Below, piece by piece: positions 50,101 to 64,000 of a stretch of DNA of 64,000 nt. Made by a program: the position numbers and the translations under genes. This DNA comes from Glaucostegus cemiculus. Its lineage: Eukaryota. Position 1 is the first letter of the stretch. Every line of letters starts with the position of its first letter. Under the pieces are notes generated by a model. That model worked only from the letters and a program-made list of their open reading frames with translations, was not told where the DNA came from and searched no databases. The stretch covers positions 36,890,001-36,954,000 of the forward strand of contig CDPCPM010000054.1 in assembly GCA_976551045.1 (NCBI GenBank), written 5' to 3'.

Positions 50101-53100
50101 ATATACAACATTTTTTCATTAATTTCCATTTCTGATTTCAGTTTTCATATTTCTAACTTGATATTCTGAGTGTACTTAATCTATTTATTAACAATAATAT
50201 TTAATGTGCCCCTTTGAAGCCTCTCCACATTAACTTTTTAGGTCATGGAATCCAAGTGCCTTAAACCTTATTTCAAAAGCTCTGCATTTTCCACTTCAGA
50301 GCAGTTGAATGATTATTTTCTGTGCACTTTTCATTGTCTTGTGGATTCCAACAATGAATACAATTGAGGAGACTTTCAACTTTGGATTTTTACCCTTGCG
50401 ATTTATCAAAGATTATTTCCCCTTTGAATATGCGCAAGATCTGAAAGCCAGCCTCAAGTTAATTATCCTCCTGAATAGCCAGTAAAGACTCTTCATTAAC
50501 AATTAACCTCACTTTTACAGAAATCCTTGCAATGAATAGCAACCACCATCATTAATGTTCTATTAGGGAAAGAGACGGAACTCATCATCAGGCCCAGATT
50601 ACTCACTGTCAGATATTAATAGGTATGATGAAATGATAATAATGTGCAAGTGGGTATACATTAGCTGTGCTCAGTTCAATCACCGAACCCTGGATCTGAA
50701 GAAATTGCTCAAACACTATTTCCTTATTATTCAATTGTCATTCATCACACAATTCATAGAAACAGATACATTTGTAATTAATGATTCTTATTTGGCAAAT
50801 ATTGTCAGCTGAAAATTATCAGCTAATCTCATTAGACATATTTTCAAGTTCATCTTTTAAATATATGTATTTATACTCTGCATTAACATTTTTATTAACA
50901 TTAACAGGACTTAAGTTTTTACATTTTTAAGAGATAAAGATTGAAAAGGTAACTGAAAGGCCTACCTAGAAAATTATTTTATTTTTTTTTGTTTCACCAA
51001 TAAAGTTCCATGCTGGCAATAATTGTCATAGAGTCATACGGGACAGAAACAGTCCGTGATGTTCATTAAGGACCCTTTTACCCTAATCCTGCACTGATCC
51101 CATTTTAATCTCTCCACATTCCCATCAAATCCCTCTAGATTCTAATACACACCTACACCAGGGCAACGGACAGCAACCAAACAACTCACTGACCCCCACA
51201 TCCCTGGGGCACAGTGGGAATGCTCACACAAATTTGTTTGTGGGACGTGGAGGTTAGTCATGGGAAGGGGTGAGAAAGACATGGAGAGTTGGACAAGCTG
51301 GAATGGGCCAGGAAAAAAACAAAAATGTTTGCAATTACATGAAACAAAATAATGATTTTGATAAAGAATTAATCAATGTAAAGTCTGAACTAGTCTGTAA
51401 GTATTATTGTTACTGCTTTTCATTTAGTTGTGCTTTACATAGACCAAATGTTGATGCATCTTGGGAATCTCTGTAGATGACAGAAAACGTCAAATAATAG
51501 CGACACTAATAAAAAGCACAAAGAAACCTCCAAACTGAAAAATGTAAAAAAGATGTCCTAATTAGAGAGCACTTTAGCTCATATTTATGTATAGTAACTC
51601 ATCTGATCTCTTTTATCACTGTCCCAACCCCAGTTTAGTGTTGCTTCTTGAAGCTTACAAATTTGTTTCTATTATTAACAGAAGCACCAATAATTAAATG
51701 CACTGTGACAGATACCAGAATAAATAACAGATTTTGCAACATGCAAGACACTAATATGTAATGTTATCACTGCAATGCTAAAATATGTGATAGGAACAGT
51801 TATATGACAGGTATTGGGATATTCCATAATCATAGAAATTAATGGCATAGCAAGTGGGCATTTGGTTGACTATCTAGTCTATCTAGTCTAATCCCACATC
51901 TCTATTTGTTACATTACAACATAGCCAAATTCTTCCTAAAGGTGATGAGTGTAAATGTCTTTCCCACTTTCCATGAGTTACTGACCCCTATCATCCTGAT
52001 TGATAAAAATAATTTCCTCAACACCTCTCTAAATTTTCTATTAATTAAATCTCTGGCCTATAGTTATTGACCTCACTGCTAAGGGTAATCATCTTTCTTA
52101 TGCACTCTATGTAGATGGCTCATAATTTTACGCACCCCCACAACAGGCTCTTCAGCTGGTGTGTATGCTGCACATGGGCCAGCTCCCTCCTCACCAAATT
52201 CCTCTGTCATACCTTTCTCTTCCTTTCTCCTTTATGTAATCTCATTTCCCTGCAAAGGCACCTATGTGGATTGCCTGAACTACTCCACGTGGTACAAAGT
52301 TCCAGGTTCTCACCATTAATATCTGCCACAGGCTCAGCAACAGATGCCTTGTGTCTGTAAATGTAAAAACAGAGCTGCAAAGATGATCGGAATCTATGGC
52401 CATAGCTAGAGCCCCAACCCTCTGCAGAATGTACCACTGTCCAAGCAACAATGCAAAAAAAAATCTTTTAACGGCGAACAGAAAGCATAAAAAGTAGGCA
52501 GCTGTATTAATTAAGATAAAGTCACCAAGGCATTGTTTTAAATATACAACTGCAAAGTGCGTTTACTCAAGGCAGACCTTGTGGTTACAGCTGATAATCA
52601 CTGAGGCTAGCGAGTTGAAGTGAAACAATTTGGGATTATAAAGTACACTTGGTACGTCATGTTCATCCAGCCCTATCTCTTCAGCTCTCCTATTCCATCT
52701 TCCGGCATTTTCCCATGCCCTTCCATAATGCGCTTTTTTTAAGCCAATTCCCTGATAACCAATGCTTCTTTGCACTTGTGAAAAACTGCTCAAGTTTCTA
52801 AAATCTCTTGCGTCTAACTGTCCCATACATTCTTCAAGTAACAATGCAGGGTCAATATCAGAAGAATGCCAGTTCCTCAATTCATTAAAGTTATTGATTT
52901 ATCTCTGTTTATGGGAAGTGGGTGAGGTTGGCAGTGCTAACATTTATTGCTCATCCCCAATTGCACCCAACATGTGTGCCTTTCTAGTATTTCAGAGGAA
53001 AGTTAAGAATCAAGCACATTAACTGCCAGACCAGGTAAGGATTTTCTTTCTTGCAGAACACCAGTGAATCTGATGAGCTTCTACAAATAGCTGGTGGCCA

Positions 53101-56100
53101 CAGTTTTTGATGACTCAGTTGTTCAAAGCCTTTGTTTAACCATTTTAAAATTCTCTGTTCAATGAAAAAAAATGCTGATTTTGGGCCTTCCTTTAAAACC
53201 ATAAACTATTTCTCATGTTCTATGCTTATCCTTGCTAACAATGAAGCTTCCAAAGCCATGATTGTTACCTCAGCTGTGTTCAAATTTAAAACTCCTGCTA
53301 TTATACTCAGGGCTCAGTAATACACAACCACCTGGCCATAGGATTCTTGCAAATGGGGAAGGTCATTCAGCCAGCCTTAATTCACTCATCCTGAACTCTC
53401 CATCCCTGCAACATCTAATTGATTTCAAATATTTAGCGTTTTCACTTCTGTTGCTGCTTTTCATGCTCATCTTTGCCTCCATAGAACTCAGCCATTGAAC
53501 CCCCCCCCCTCCCAAACCCTTTCTGTGCCTTAATCTCCTCCATATCATTTGCTTCAAATACTCTCAACCTGATTCATCGATCAGCCCAGAGGTTGTTGGC
53601 AACATCTGATCTCCAACTTATCAAATTTAACATTTTCATTCTCACATCTGAATTCTTTAAAGACCCTGTCTCTTTCCAAGTCTGCAGCTTTCTCCAACCT
53701 CGTCCAATTGAACTTGTCCAATGTATCAGCCTCCACCACCTTTAGAGTTTTATAAGGCGGCAAGGAGTCATTTATATACATGATGTCCTGAGTGTTATGA
53801 GGGTTAAAATGGGACACTTAAGTCAATCTATTTGATCTTTAGATGGAATATTAGGTGGGGAAACTCATGTATTCAGTACCTTCAGTTTGATTTAATATGC
53901 CCAGGCAATAATAAAAGAAGACAAATTGCAGATGCTAGAAATCTAGAACATGAACAGAAAATATTGGAAGTACTCAGCCGGTCAGGTATGTAGGAAGAGA
54001 AAAGCAGGAACAGGATGAAAGAAGAAAACTTGATCCTAAAATATTTTAACTCCAGCGATGCAAATAAAAACAGAAGCGTACACTTAAGTTGCTTTAATTA
54101 TAGTTAATCTGAGAGGCTGAAAAGAACGTTTAACCCTTACAAGTATCTGAACCAAGGGAGCCGTTGTCAACTTGTGACCTCACAATCTACCTCATTATGG
54201 CCTTGCACCTTATTGTCTGCCTGCACTGTACTTTCTCTGCAAATGTAACACTTTATTCTGCATTCTGTTGTTGTTTTCCCTTGTACTACCTCAATGCATT
54301 GTTGTAATGAAATGATCTGTATGGATGGCATGCAAAACAAAGTTTTTCACTGTACTTCAGTACATGTGGCAATAATAAACCAACTTATCAGTTTAAAAAA
54401 GCAAGTTTTGAAACCTGTAACACATGAGAAATATCAGCCGAAGTTTTGTGGAGCTGCAGGTAGCAAGGCTTTCCCTTCCAAATCATTGCCATTGTGAAGA
54501 AGATGTTGGCAGAATTCCTTGCAAGTTCTGGTTTTGGTGAAATTACTTGTGGGAGCTCTTGTCATGCTGGAAAAGTTTCCTAAACAGATACTTATACTTG
54601 TGCTGACTTGCAATGTTCCTCTCTGATGGGAGCAATGTTCACATTAAATTGAGGTATATAACATGGTTTAAAAAGAGATCCCCATTAGTGCAGTCCTATT
54701 TCATTGTTAGTGTATACTAAGTATTTTGCTCAAACTAAAGTGCTTTCTAAAGTGAAAAGTGAAATGAGGCAGACACAAGCTCATGCCGATAAGTACTTTG
54801 TAGGATGGAACATAAACTGCAGCAAATGCTGCTATCTTTTTTTTTAGTGCTCAGAGTGTAGAGGAAATTGAGATGTTTAAACACTGTTAAACTTTTGCTC
54901 CCAAGAGCCACATGGGGATTAATTAATAAACACAAGACTAACATTTATCTACAGTTATGGGTTTGGTATTTAACAATCATTTTTATATGCACATATACAC
55001 GTGCAAGTCTAAATATTAATTCTAGTCAGGGCCGAGTTTTTTTTCTGAAGATTAACAATTAAAGAGTTGCAGTTTGTAATTCACAGCATGACTGAAATGC
55101 TCCAGGCAAACAATGCAAACAGATGGTATCAACCAGCCATGTTTGATGTTGAAAACTTTTATTTTAAAGCTTCGTTGACAGGCCAGAACAGAAATGCATA
55201 GACTTCATGCAAATTGACCAATTTACATGAGAAATTAGACTAAGGTAAGTTGACATTCAGACAGTGAATGTTGCACCATACTGGAGTAGGTATCAACTTT
55301 AGTTCAGTTGATTAAGCCAAATCATTGAATCACAGTGATTAATATTGACATCACTCCACACACCCCTGCACCAAGACTGAAATTCCCATTCCATTAGATA
55401 TCAGCACAGGGGAAAGATGAGATGAGGAAACAGCAAGGACACTTGAGCTGCAGTTCTTGTTCACGTCTGTTTCCTACATGGTTTCAAAAATATTTCCTAA
55501 AGATTTCTGCGTGAAACAGGATGCTCTTTCAACCCAGAGATATACAAGTTGATGGCTTTGTTTGTCCACTTAGAGAGGATCTGTGCACAATACAGTTTGA
55601 TATTAACTTACACACGAAGGACTGACCAGGCATCATGTCTTGTGTTTAGAACTGGGGAGATGTGAAGTTCTCATTAAGAAACAGTAATACTCTCCAGCCT
55701 CAATCACAAATTGGGTTGAAGGTTAGCAAATAATGACCTAACTCTGAGAAACCCTGGTTCACACTTCAAACCTCTACCACTGTGCATCTCACATGAGCTC
55801 AGGCAATTCAACAGTATTCCCCACCAACCAAGACACAAACAATCTCTAACACCCTCTCGAACAATCTACTTCAATTTTTCAAATCAGTATATTGAACGTA
55901 CTGGCCATAAAGGGGCCTCCATTACAATGAGGAAACTGGGTGGAAATCTGCATTCACTCTCAGGCTGTTTGCGAGTTTAACCCTACCTCCCATTCTAACC
56001 TCTATACTAAGGTTTCCTACACTGTCCCAGTGAACATTAATAAAGTTTCAAGGAAGAACATCTTATCTTCAATGGCAATTTGCAGCTTTCCAGATTCACT

Positions 56101-57954
56101 AATGAATTTAATAAGTTTAGATCACAACATGCTCTACCAAGTCCTGATGAGGTATAATTGACCTTCTACATTGACACTGATTCACTTTTCAAAGGTGTGT
56201 CCTGGTTTGCTAAGTATTTCCAACAACTGTTGTTATTATTTCGGATTTTCAGCATCTACTGTTGTCTGCTTTTGTATCTCACTAAATTTCATATCTTACT
56301 TGCTTATCCCACGGCCTGGAACGTGCACCTTGAAGTTCTACTCTCCCTGCCAATGGGATTTCCATTCACAAGCTTCAGTTGTTCTTGTCACAACCCTCCC
56401 CACCATCGTGGACATCTTCAGGAGATGGTGCCTCAAGGAGGAGGCATCACCATCTGGGACATGCTCTCTTCTTGTTACTACCATTAGAGAGGAGGTACAG
56501 GAACTTGAAGACCCACACTCAACATTTTAGGAACAGCTTCTTTCCCGCCACTGTCAGATTTCTGAACAGTCCAAGAACCCATTAACACTACCTCATTATT
56601 CCTCTTTTGCATAATTTTTCTTTGTAACTTACAGTAATTTTTATGTCTTGCACTGTACTGCTGCTGTAAAACATAATAAACCTGATTCTCTTCTACCCTC
56701 CACTATAGATTCACAAATTTATAGCACAGAAGGAGGCCACTTGGCCCATTGTGGCCATCTGAAGGCAGATCTTCCCCTTTATACTCCCCTCATACCCTCT
56801 TTCTCTGCATTTGTACTTATTTAAAATCTGCTAAATCCAGAGCACCTTGAACGTCCACAGAACTAAATCCTAATCCAATTTTCTCTCCATACACTGCCAG
56901 CTGGGTATTTCCAATACTGCACTAGAAATGGGAAACTTCTAACAGGAAAACTCTTGGTGCTTTCCGGTGTTTGGGTAAATCCTATGGATTCACCAGAAGA
57001 TGATGATACTGGCTGAGTGTGAATTGTCCTCCTGACTTTTAAACCCAAGGTAGATAAGGTGGATGGTCTCAGTCTTTTACCCAGGGTAGGGGAGTCTAAA
57101 ATGTGAGGGCACAGGTTCAAGCTGAGAGAGGAAAGATTTAAAGTGAACTGAGGGGCAAGTTCTTCACACAGAAGGTATATGGAACAAGCTGCCAGAGTAA
57201 TTAGTAGAGGCAACATTTAAAAGACATTTGTAGAGGTTCATAGATTGGAAGGATTTAGAGGAATATGGGCCAAATGCAGGTAAATGGGACCAGCTTAGGT
57301 AGGTACCTTCAAAGGCATGAACAAGTTGGGCTGAAGGGTCTTACTCTATGACTACATGACAAAGAGTTTCTGTGAATGCATTGTTCCAAAAAAGTATTAT
57401 TGTTGCTTTGAAGAACTTGTGCAGTATTTCTACTCAACAGACTTCTGGTTGGGTTCAAATTAATGTTCCCAGAAATAACAGCTAAATTCTCTGGAGCTAT
57501 TCAAGACAGGACAGTGAGTTGATTTTAGTTAGAATCAAAACATAGTGAATCGAATATCACCAATTATCAACCATACAGGTTATATTTCACCTAGCTTTTG
57601 TACTGGGACCATAGTTTTCAGTATCATTTATACCTCTTGAATCAGTTTTTCATATCACTTCTGTTAATTCAATAAAATACAATCCTGTCTCTGAAGGCAC
57701 AGCAAAATGAGCCAGCCAACGATGACTTGTCTGTTCAGAGGTGGATGATTTCACCAAAGGTGCTATAACTGACTTAGCATTCCCAGGCTAATGTGATACA
57801 AAATGGCTGAGGTTTCCCTATCCTGATCAATGACACCAACCACAGCTGAAAAATGGGTTTTAGTGAGGTTAAGAACAAATGGACGAGGGCCACTTGACTG
57901 CGCTACTGAATGTTACCTTTGGAACTATACCTCCACCAAGACAACAGACATTTG

Positions 57955-58520
57955 GAATATTGTACAAGATGCTGGTGAAGCCACACTCAAGAGTATTGTG
58001 TTCAGTTTTGGTCACCCTGCTGCAGGAAAGATGGTAGTCAACTGGAAGGAGTGCACAAAAGATTTACAAGGATGATGCCAGGACTGGAGAGACTGATTTA
58101 TAGGGAGGGGTTGGACAGGTTAGGATGCTTTTCCTTGGAGCGTTGGAGACTGAGAGGTGATCTTATAGAGAAGTATAAAATCATGAGGAACACTGATAGG
58201 CTGCACACAGTATCCCAGGGTTGGGGAATCAAGAACTAGAGGTCATAGGTTTAAGGAGAGAGGGGAAAGATTGAGGGGCAACTTTATTTTTTACACAGAG
58301 GGTGGTACATATTATGGAATAAACTGCTAGAGGAAGGGTTGAGGCAGGTACAATAATAACTTTTAAAAGGTAGTTGGACAGGTACATGGATAGGAAAGGT
58401 TTAGAAGGTTATGGGCCAAACATGGGCAAATGAGACAAGCTTGGTTGAGCATCTTGTTGGGAAATTGGTCAGTGTGGACCAGTTGGGTTGAAGGGCCTGT
58501 TTCCGTGCTGTACGACTCTA
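57955..58520 (+). mobile_element. CR1 3' fragment; sister copies at ~57045-57355 and 59468-60000
   Basis: RFTRMMPGLE...LERWRLRGDLIEKYKIMR; tail gaagggcctgtttccgtgctgtacgactcta. Confidence 0.85.
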
Positions 58521-61299
58521 TCAGCAGTCAATGCCATCAGGACAGGGGGTGTTGAGTAGAGACAAAGCTTGTTATTAATGGAGGTAATTTTTCCACCAGT
58601 CTATGGCATGTATGAGATGGTTCAAATTGGGCCACCTACTGTCAGATAAAAATTTGTTCAGCAGCGAATAACATTTAATCTTCACCTTTGTTCCACATGG
58701 GTCAAAATCATTCAGAAAGCAATCAATAATTCAAAACTCATTCAATAAAAACATGGAGTTCAAGCTGTACTTTCTACTCAAGTGACTGGGCAGAACATGG
58801 ATACTTCAGACAGAGTGCTGATTGGTAGAGCAAAAGTAATGGGATGACTGCTTCACAAGGGACGCTTTGTCATGGACCAGTTGACTCAATCATACTGAAA
58901 GCCTCTGCTAAATGGAGTGATTTGTTGAATGAGGAAATTTGTCCAAACCATTATATCCCAGTTAACTGCTATTAACTGCATAGTCACATTCTCCTTGGTA
59001 CCTTGGCAGGAAACATCAAGGTAACCGAGTGCAAACAAAGAAGAAAAATAAGGATATAATGTGACAATTAAAAATAAATGAACTACACCTCCAGCAAATA
59101 ATTTCACAACATGAAGGATGCAATACTTCTGAGTGTTAACATGTTACTAATAGATCAATCACTCTATTGGCTGTAGTTCTGACAAAGGAAACCTTTTGCA
59201 TTTTGTTAATGATCCAGTTCCCCTACTGCATTGAAACATCAAACTGAAAATAAAATTGCAGCTTGTATTTTCTAACCCCTACCTCCTCAATCCACCCACA
59301 CCTCTGTGCATAGCTTAAAGATATTTTAATTTCCCTGAGGCAAGTACCTGTCGGAATTGCCTAAATTAAATCAATGTTATTCAATAGACATGCTGGTATC
59401 GAAGGCACTATACAGGAAATGAGCACCCAGATTAAAATTATTACTGAAGCAAAATAATTTTATTTTTAAGTATTGTACTCAGTTCTGCTTGCCCAGCTAT
59501 ACAACAGATATCATTAAGCTGGAAAGAGTACAGGAAAGATTTACAAGTATTTTACTGGCACTGGATGGCTCGAGTTATGAGAGGCAAGACAGGCTGGGAC
59601 TTTTTTCCTTGGAGTTTAGGAGGCTGAGGGGTGACCTTACAGAGGTTTATAAAATCTTGAGGGGCTTAGATAAAGTGGATGGTCACAGTCTTTTTACCAG
59701 GGTAGGGGAGTCTAAACTTAGAGGACATTTATTTAAGGTGAGAGGGGAAAGACTTAAAGAGGGATCCGAGAGGCAACATTTTCAAACAGAGGGTGGTGGG
59801 TACATGGAATGAGCTGGAAGAGGAAGCTGCAGAGGTGGGTGCAATTTCAGTGCGTGTAAGACATTTGGACAGGTACATGGATAGAAAAGGTTCAGAGGGA
59901 TATGGGCCAAACGCAGGCAAATGGAGCTAACTCATAGATATCTTGGTTGTCATGGACAAGTTGGGCTGAAGGGCCTGTTTCTGTGTCATATAACTCTATT
60001 AAAAAGAACAGTGAGACTGTTGCTCAGATTTCAAGCTTAATGTAGGACAAAGCAATCTCCAGAGTTGATAGGCTGTGCAAGAGCACATTTGAATTTGAAG
60101 GGCAGTTTGGGTAGATTCTCCTGATAGCGGCCAGAGAACAACAGAAAAATAAGAGAACATATTAAGGAAATGCAGAAGGCTGCAGGGCCCCTTCAGGCTT
60201 CTCCTGTTATCCAATATCATTGCTGATCTTCACCCTCTACTTCTCCTGCCATATTCCATATTTCTACTACATTCTTCCATATTCTTCCATTCCCTTTGAG
60301 CTCAAAATCTATTGAATTTATGCACCAAAACATTGAATTACAAGCCACAACCTTCTAGGGCAAAAAATGCAAAGATTCAAATTAGATTGGATTACACTGA
60401 TGAGAAATTGATGGTACTTTCATTTGCTTTACAAGTGAAACCACAGGACTACTTTCATTCATTCTTTTAGTAACCTAAATATCTCCAGCTATTCAAATGC
60501 ACCACTGTCTCACAGTCACAATTACAAGCTGGAGCAGTGCATTTCCTTTGGTGAATGGATTTCTGTAACATTTTCCACTTTCATTTTTCACACAAAATCA
60601 ATGTAAGTGATCTTCTACAAATATTACATTGTTACAGTTTCCCCAAATGGTATTGTTCATTGATTAGCACTAACTGGATTCAGATTTGATCCTCTATCTA
60701 ATTTCCAGACCTTGGCTGATCTTGCAGCATTTATGCAGGGAAAGGAATGGTCAATGTTTCGGGTCGAGACACTGCATCAGGACTATGTAGAGGGAAGATA
60801 GCCAGTATAAAGGGGCGAGGGGGAGGGGTGAAGCAGGGGCAGGCACGTGAATCCATCTGTTCAACATCACCCACTCCACCTAGGTCCACCGATCACCTTC
60901 CAGCCCCTGCCTCACCCCTCCATCTCTCCCTTTTATGTTAGCTTATACTCCCTCTACACCCTAGACCTTGACCCAAAACATCAACCATTCCTTTCCCTCC
61001 ACAGATGCTGCCTGACTTGCTGAGTTCCTCCAGTATTTTGTGTTTTGCATTGGCTGATATCAGTCATATATGGGCTTGTGTGCCCCTGCGTTAGCAAGAG
61101 CAAATTCAAAGTGGGAGCTTGCGCTAATTCTTTTCAGTTACCTAATGTGCACCTGTGTGGACATCACATGGAAACAAGACCTGACTCGAGTTTGCACCCT
61201 TTCTTCCCCAAATCAAACTTGCTGACAGGTACTTTCAAGGCTCACAAAGGAATGATCATTAGTATGGTAATGAATAAGAGGGAGCCAGCTCTCACAAAA

Positions 61300-61940
61300 A
61301 CAACACACAAGAGTATATAGCATTTTTAACAAAGTAAAACATCCCAATGTGCTTCACGTGAGCATTACCAAGCAAAGCCTAATATGAAGTCTCATTAGGA
61401 GAGTAGGGCAGAAGACTAAAAGGATGGTTAAAGGAGTAGCTTTTAAAGGGCCTCTTAACTGATGGAAGAAATAGAGTGGTTTCAGGAGGGATAGACAAAA
61501 GTTAGGATTTTGGCAAATGAAGCAATGGTTATTACATTCAGGGACAACCAAGGGGCCAGAATCAGAGGAGCAGAAGGATATGAGAGGACTGTTGAGAGGC
61601 TGGATACTCCAGAGATATTTGAAAACAAGGATGAACATTTTAAAATTGAGTAATTGCTTAAATGAGAGACACTGTAGGCCAAGAAAATGAGCATTGACAA
61701 ATAAGGTTTGATACAAGATAGGACATGGGTTGAACAGTTTGGTATGGCCACAAGTTTATGCAGGGTGGAAGATGGATGGCTACCCAAGCAAGGAGTGGAC
61801 ATCTTTGGCAGATGGAGCATTTGCGTTAAAGTGGAGAAAGCAAAATGGTATTGTAAACATGATGGTACTATCAAGATGCAGTAGGATGAGAGGGTGATTT
61901 GGTATGCTGTACTTTAACAACTTGAAGCAGTGTTGGCAGA
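61300..61940 (-). mobile_element. Degenerate L2-like LINE 3' fragment
   Basis: LQCLSFKQLLNFKMFILVFK resembles the L2 'LHWL...I.FK...L.FK' motif. Confidence 0.55.
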
Positions 61941-63416
61941 GAGCTGTAAGTCTGATGTGCTGTGACACAGATGGTTGGGGTAGCAGTAATCTGTTTCATA
62001 CAGAGAAGATAATTCAGGGCTTTTTCACTCAAAGTATAAAATTAGACAGTAGAAAGTGCATAAGTATGGATGTTACTTCTAATGTGAGAAACCTGCTGGG
62101 TTAAAATGCTAAAAGGAGAGATCTAATCAACTTAAATGAAGTTTCAAATCACATTTCTCTACCATTCTTTGTAAAGGCTTTCACTTTATTCACACACTCA
62201 GGCAAGACTGACTTTTAAGAGGCATTGGTATGAGTTGAAGAGGAAAGAATTCCAGTGTAAGCTTCTCAGGAAATAACCTTTTCTAAAGGTCATGGTGAAA
62301 ATAGAGATGATTTTTAGCACCTTGACAAAATTGTTCTAACTTTCCTTCTTTGAACCAACTTTGACATAACCTGCAAGCCTTCACATTTTTCATTTCTTTT
62401 TGTTTTTTGCTACTTAACTTACTTGATCAATGAAAGATTTCTGGCATAAAAAAGAATAATTACTGGGTCTCTGGAAACAAATGTCATGAGAGTGAGGGAA
62501 AAAGACAGCAGAGTCTTGATATAATATGACTTCCAGGTGGGGGATGGTTAAGAATCCAAAGTGTCAAGACTTTGGTAAGAGAGGTTTCTACATGTGGGCC
62601 AGCATCAGCTTCCAGGGTCCCCTGGAACTCCATCAGAATGCCCTTATTTACTTCAGACACAACCCAATACCTTGTCTCTCAAAATTATCCTGGCATCAAT
62701 GTCTGTAGTTACTGTGCTTCTCCAATACTCTGCCTTCAGTTAGGCCCTGCGTCCTGATTTATGGTCAATACTAGAACACTCAGCACAACTTCATACCAGA
62801 CATTTATCGTGATTTGGCTTGTCCAATGGCAGAAGAAGAAAAAAAAATGTCAACCTATTTCAAACTTCTGGAATAAAGAAAAAAAAATCCTATATAATCT
62901 TAAAATGCATTTGCTACTAGTTTTCATTTATTTCCTGGGTTCTTATTTTCTTAACTTTGAATTAGTCTGGGTCTCCTGTGCATGGGTAGACCTTTTGGTC
63001 ACCGTGGTAAACACAGATGGAGTGAGATCAGCTGCCAGATGTGCTCATCTCCTGACTTCAACACAACTGGATGTTGGAGGCAGCTACAACCAGCAGCCAA
63101 TGCTCTTGCACGTGCTTCAAGCTGGCGACCAGAAAGCCATTCCTCCCTCTACACAAGGAAGGTATCCGAGTATCTGATTTTACAGGGGAGAATATTTAGT
63201 CAAGGGAGAGTCATACTGAAGTTCTAGTTTCTGGCTGTGATGAGTTTTCCATAGCAATGAGAAGCAGATTAAACATCACACACCTGCATCCAATACTCTC
63301 CAAAGCCCAATGAGACTGTGTACGCGAATGAGAAACAGACCTTCCCATTATTATGCCATAGGCACCTCTGCAGCACAAAACAGCATAAATCTTACAGCCC
63401 TCAACCAAAGACCTAC

Positions 63417-63602
63417 CTATGGTGCAGTGTTCGCCATTCCAGCCCTGGTTGCATTCACATTTGCCATCTTTGCAGGTTCCGTGCTCCAAGCAGCGAGGGT
63501 GGCATGCTCTCTGGTCACATGCTGCCCCTGTCCAACCTTCCTCACAGCGGCAGGCCCCAGCGAGGCACACACCATGTGTTCCACACTCCACGGGGCAGAT
63601 TT
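63417..63602 (-). CDS. TENM3: Teneurin-3 exon encoding EGF-like repeats 6-7 (186 nt, phase 1-1)
   Basis: ttccacag|AAATCTGC...ACCATAG|gtaggt; translates (E)[61 protein letters not shown], the teneurin EGF6-7 pattern. Confidence 0.96.
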   Translation of the reverse strand, partial: KSAPWSVEHMVCASLGPAAVRKVGQGQHVTREHATLAAWSTEPAKMANVNATRAGMANTAP

Positions 63603-64000
63603 CTGTGGAACAGAGATAGTTAGTGATGTTTGGATTTCATCGATATACAATTAACCCTTTTGCAAATCTGTATTTCTCAAGGTCAGGCTTTCAATAATCT
63701 ACCATTCAAGGCAAATGGAATCTCAACCCACAAAGATAAAAAAAAGTACGTCGTATTCATCTGTCGAGAGCACCCAATTATTTTACTGTAAAAACGTGGC
63801 TGTTTCAGAATGAGAAGAAAAAAAGGAGCAAAGAAGAAACTGCTGCAGGAACTTGGGTCAAACAGCATCTATGGAGGCAAAGAGATCGTACTATTCTGTT
63901 GCTGTCACAGATGCTGCTTGACCTGCTGAGTTCCTTCAGCAGTCTTCTGCTCCAGATTCTAGCATCTACAGTCTCTTAAAGTGCCATTAAAAAAATAAGA

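Noticed and set aside
547-63602. Assignment to TENM1, TENM2 or TENM4
   Set aside because: The LDKIVK and DKIGYK inserts and residues such as [13 protein letters not shown] and [14 protein letters not shown] fit TENM3.

Overview
Vertebrate genomic DNA, most likely a cartilaginous fish judging by the repeat content (inference). The whole window lies inside a teneurin-3 (TENM3/Odz3) gene on the minus strand. Seven constitutive exons can be placed to the nucleotide by GT-AG ends and matching phases (63602-63417, 37384-37238, 20760-20544, 14270-14151, 7874-7613, 6088-5821, 690-547). They encode EGF6-8, the Cys-rich region and the following TTR/FN-plug region. Two microexons missed by the ORF track lie between EGF7 and EGF8 (splice site A): 27 nt AHFLDKIVK (41125-41099) and 21/18 nt (A)DKIGYK with a NAGNAG acceptor (40300-40280). 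A third frame-preserving 30-nt candidate (38498-38469, VRTHCCWPTK) matches nothing I recognise. The introns hold decayed retroelements: one near-full-length CR1, many CR1 3' ends, Penelope-like fragments with degenerate hammerhead cores, Rex1/Babar-like, Tx1-like and L2 fragments, and tRNA-derived SINEs. There is also a 33-34 bp minisatellite and a few repeat-free, motif-dense candidate enhancers. There is no prokaryotic system, CRISPR array or intact novel gene. Repeat family names come from recalled motifs, not a search, and repeat boundaries are approximate.
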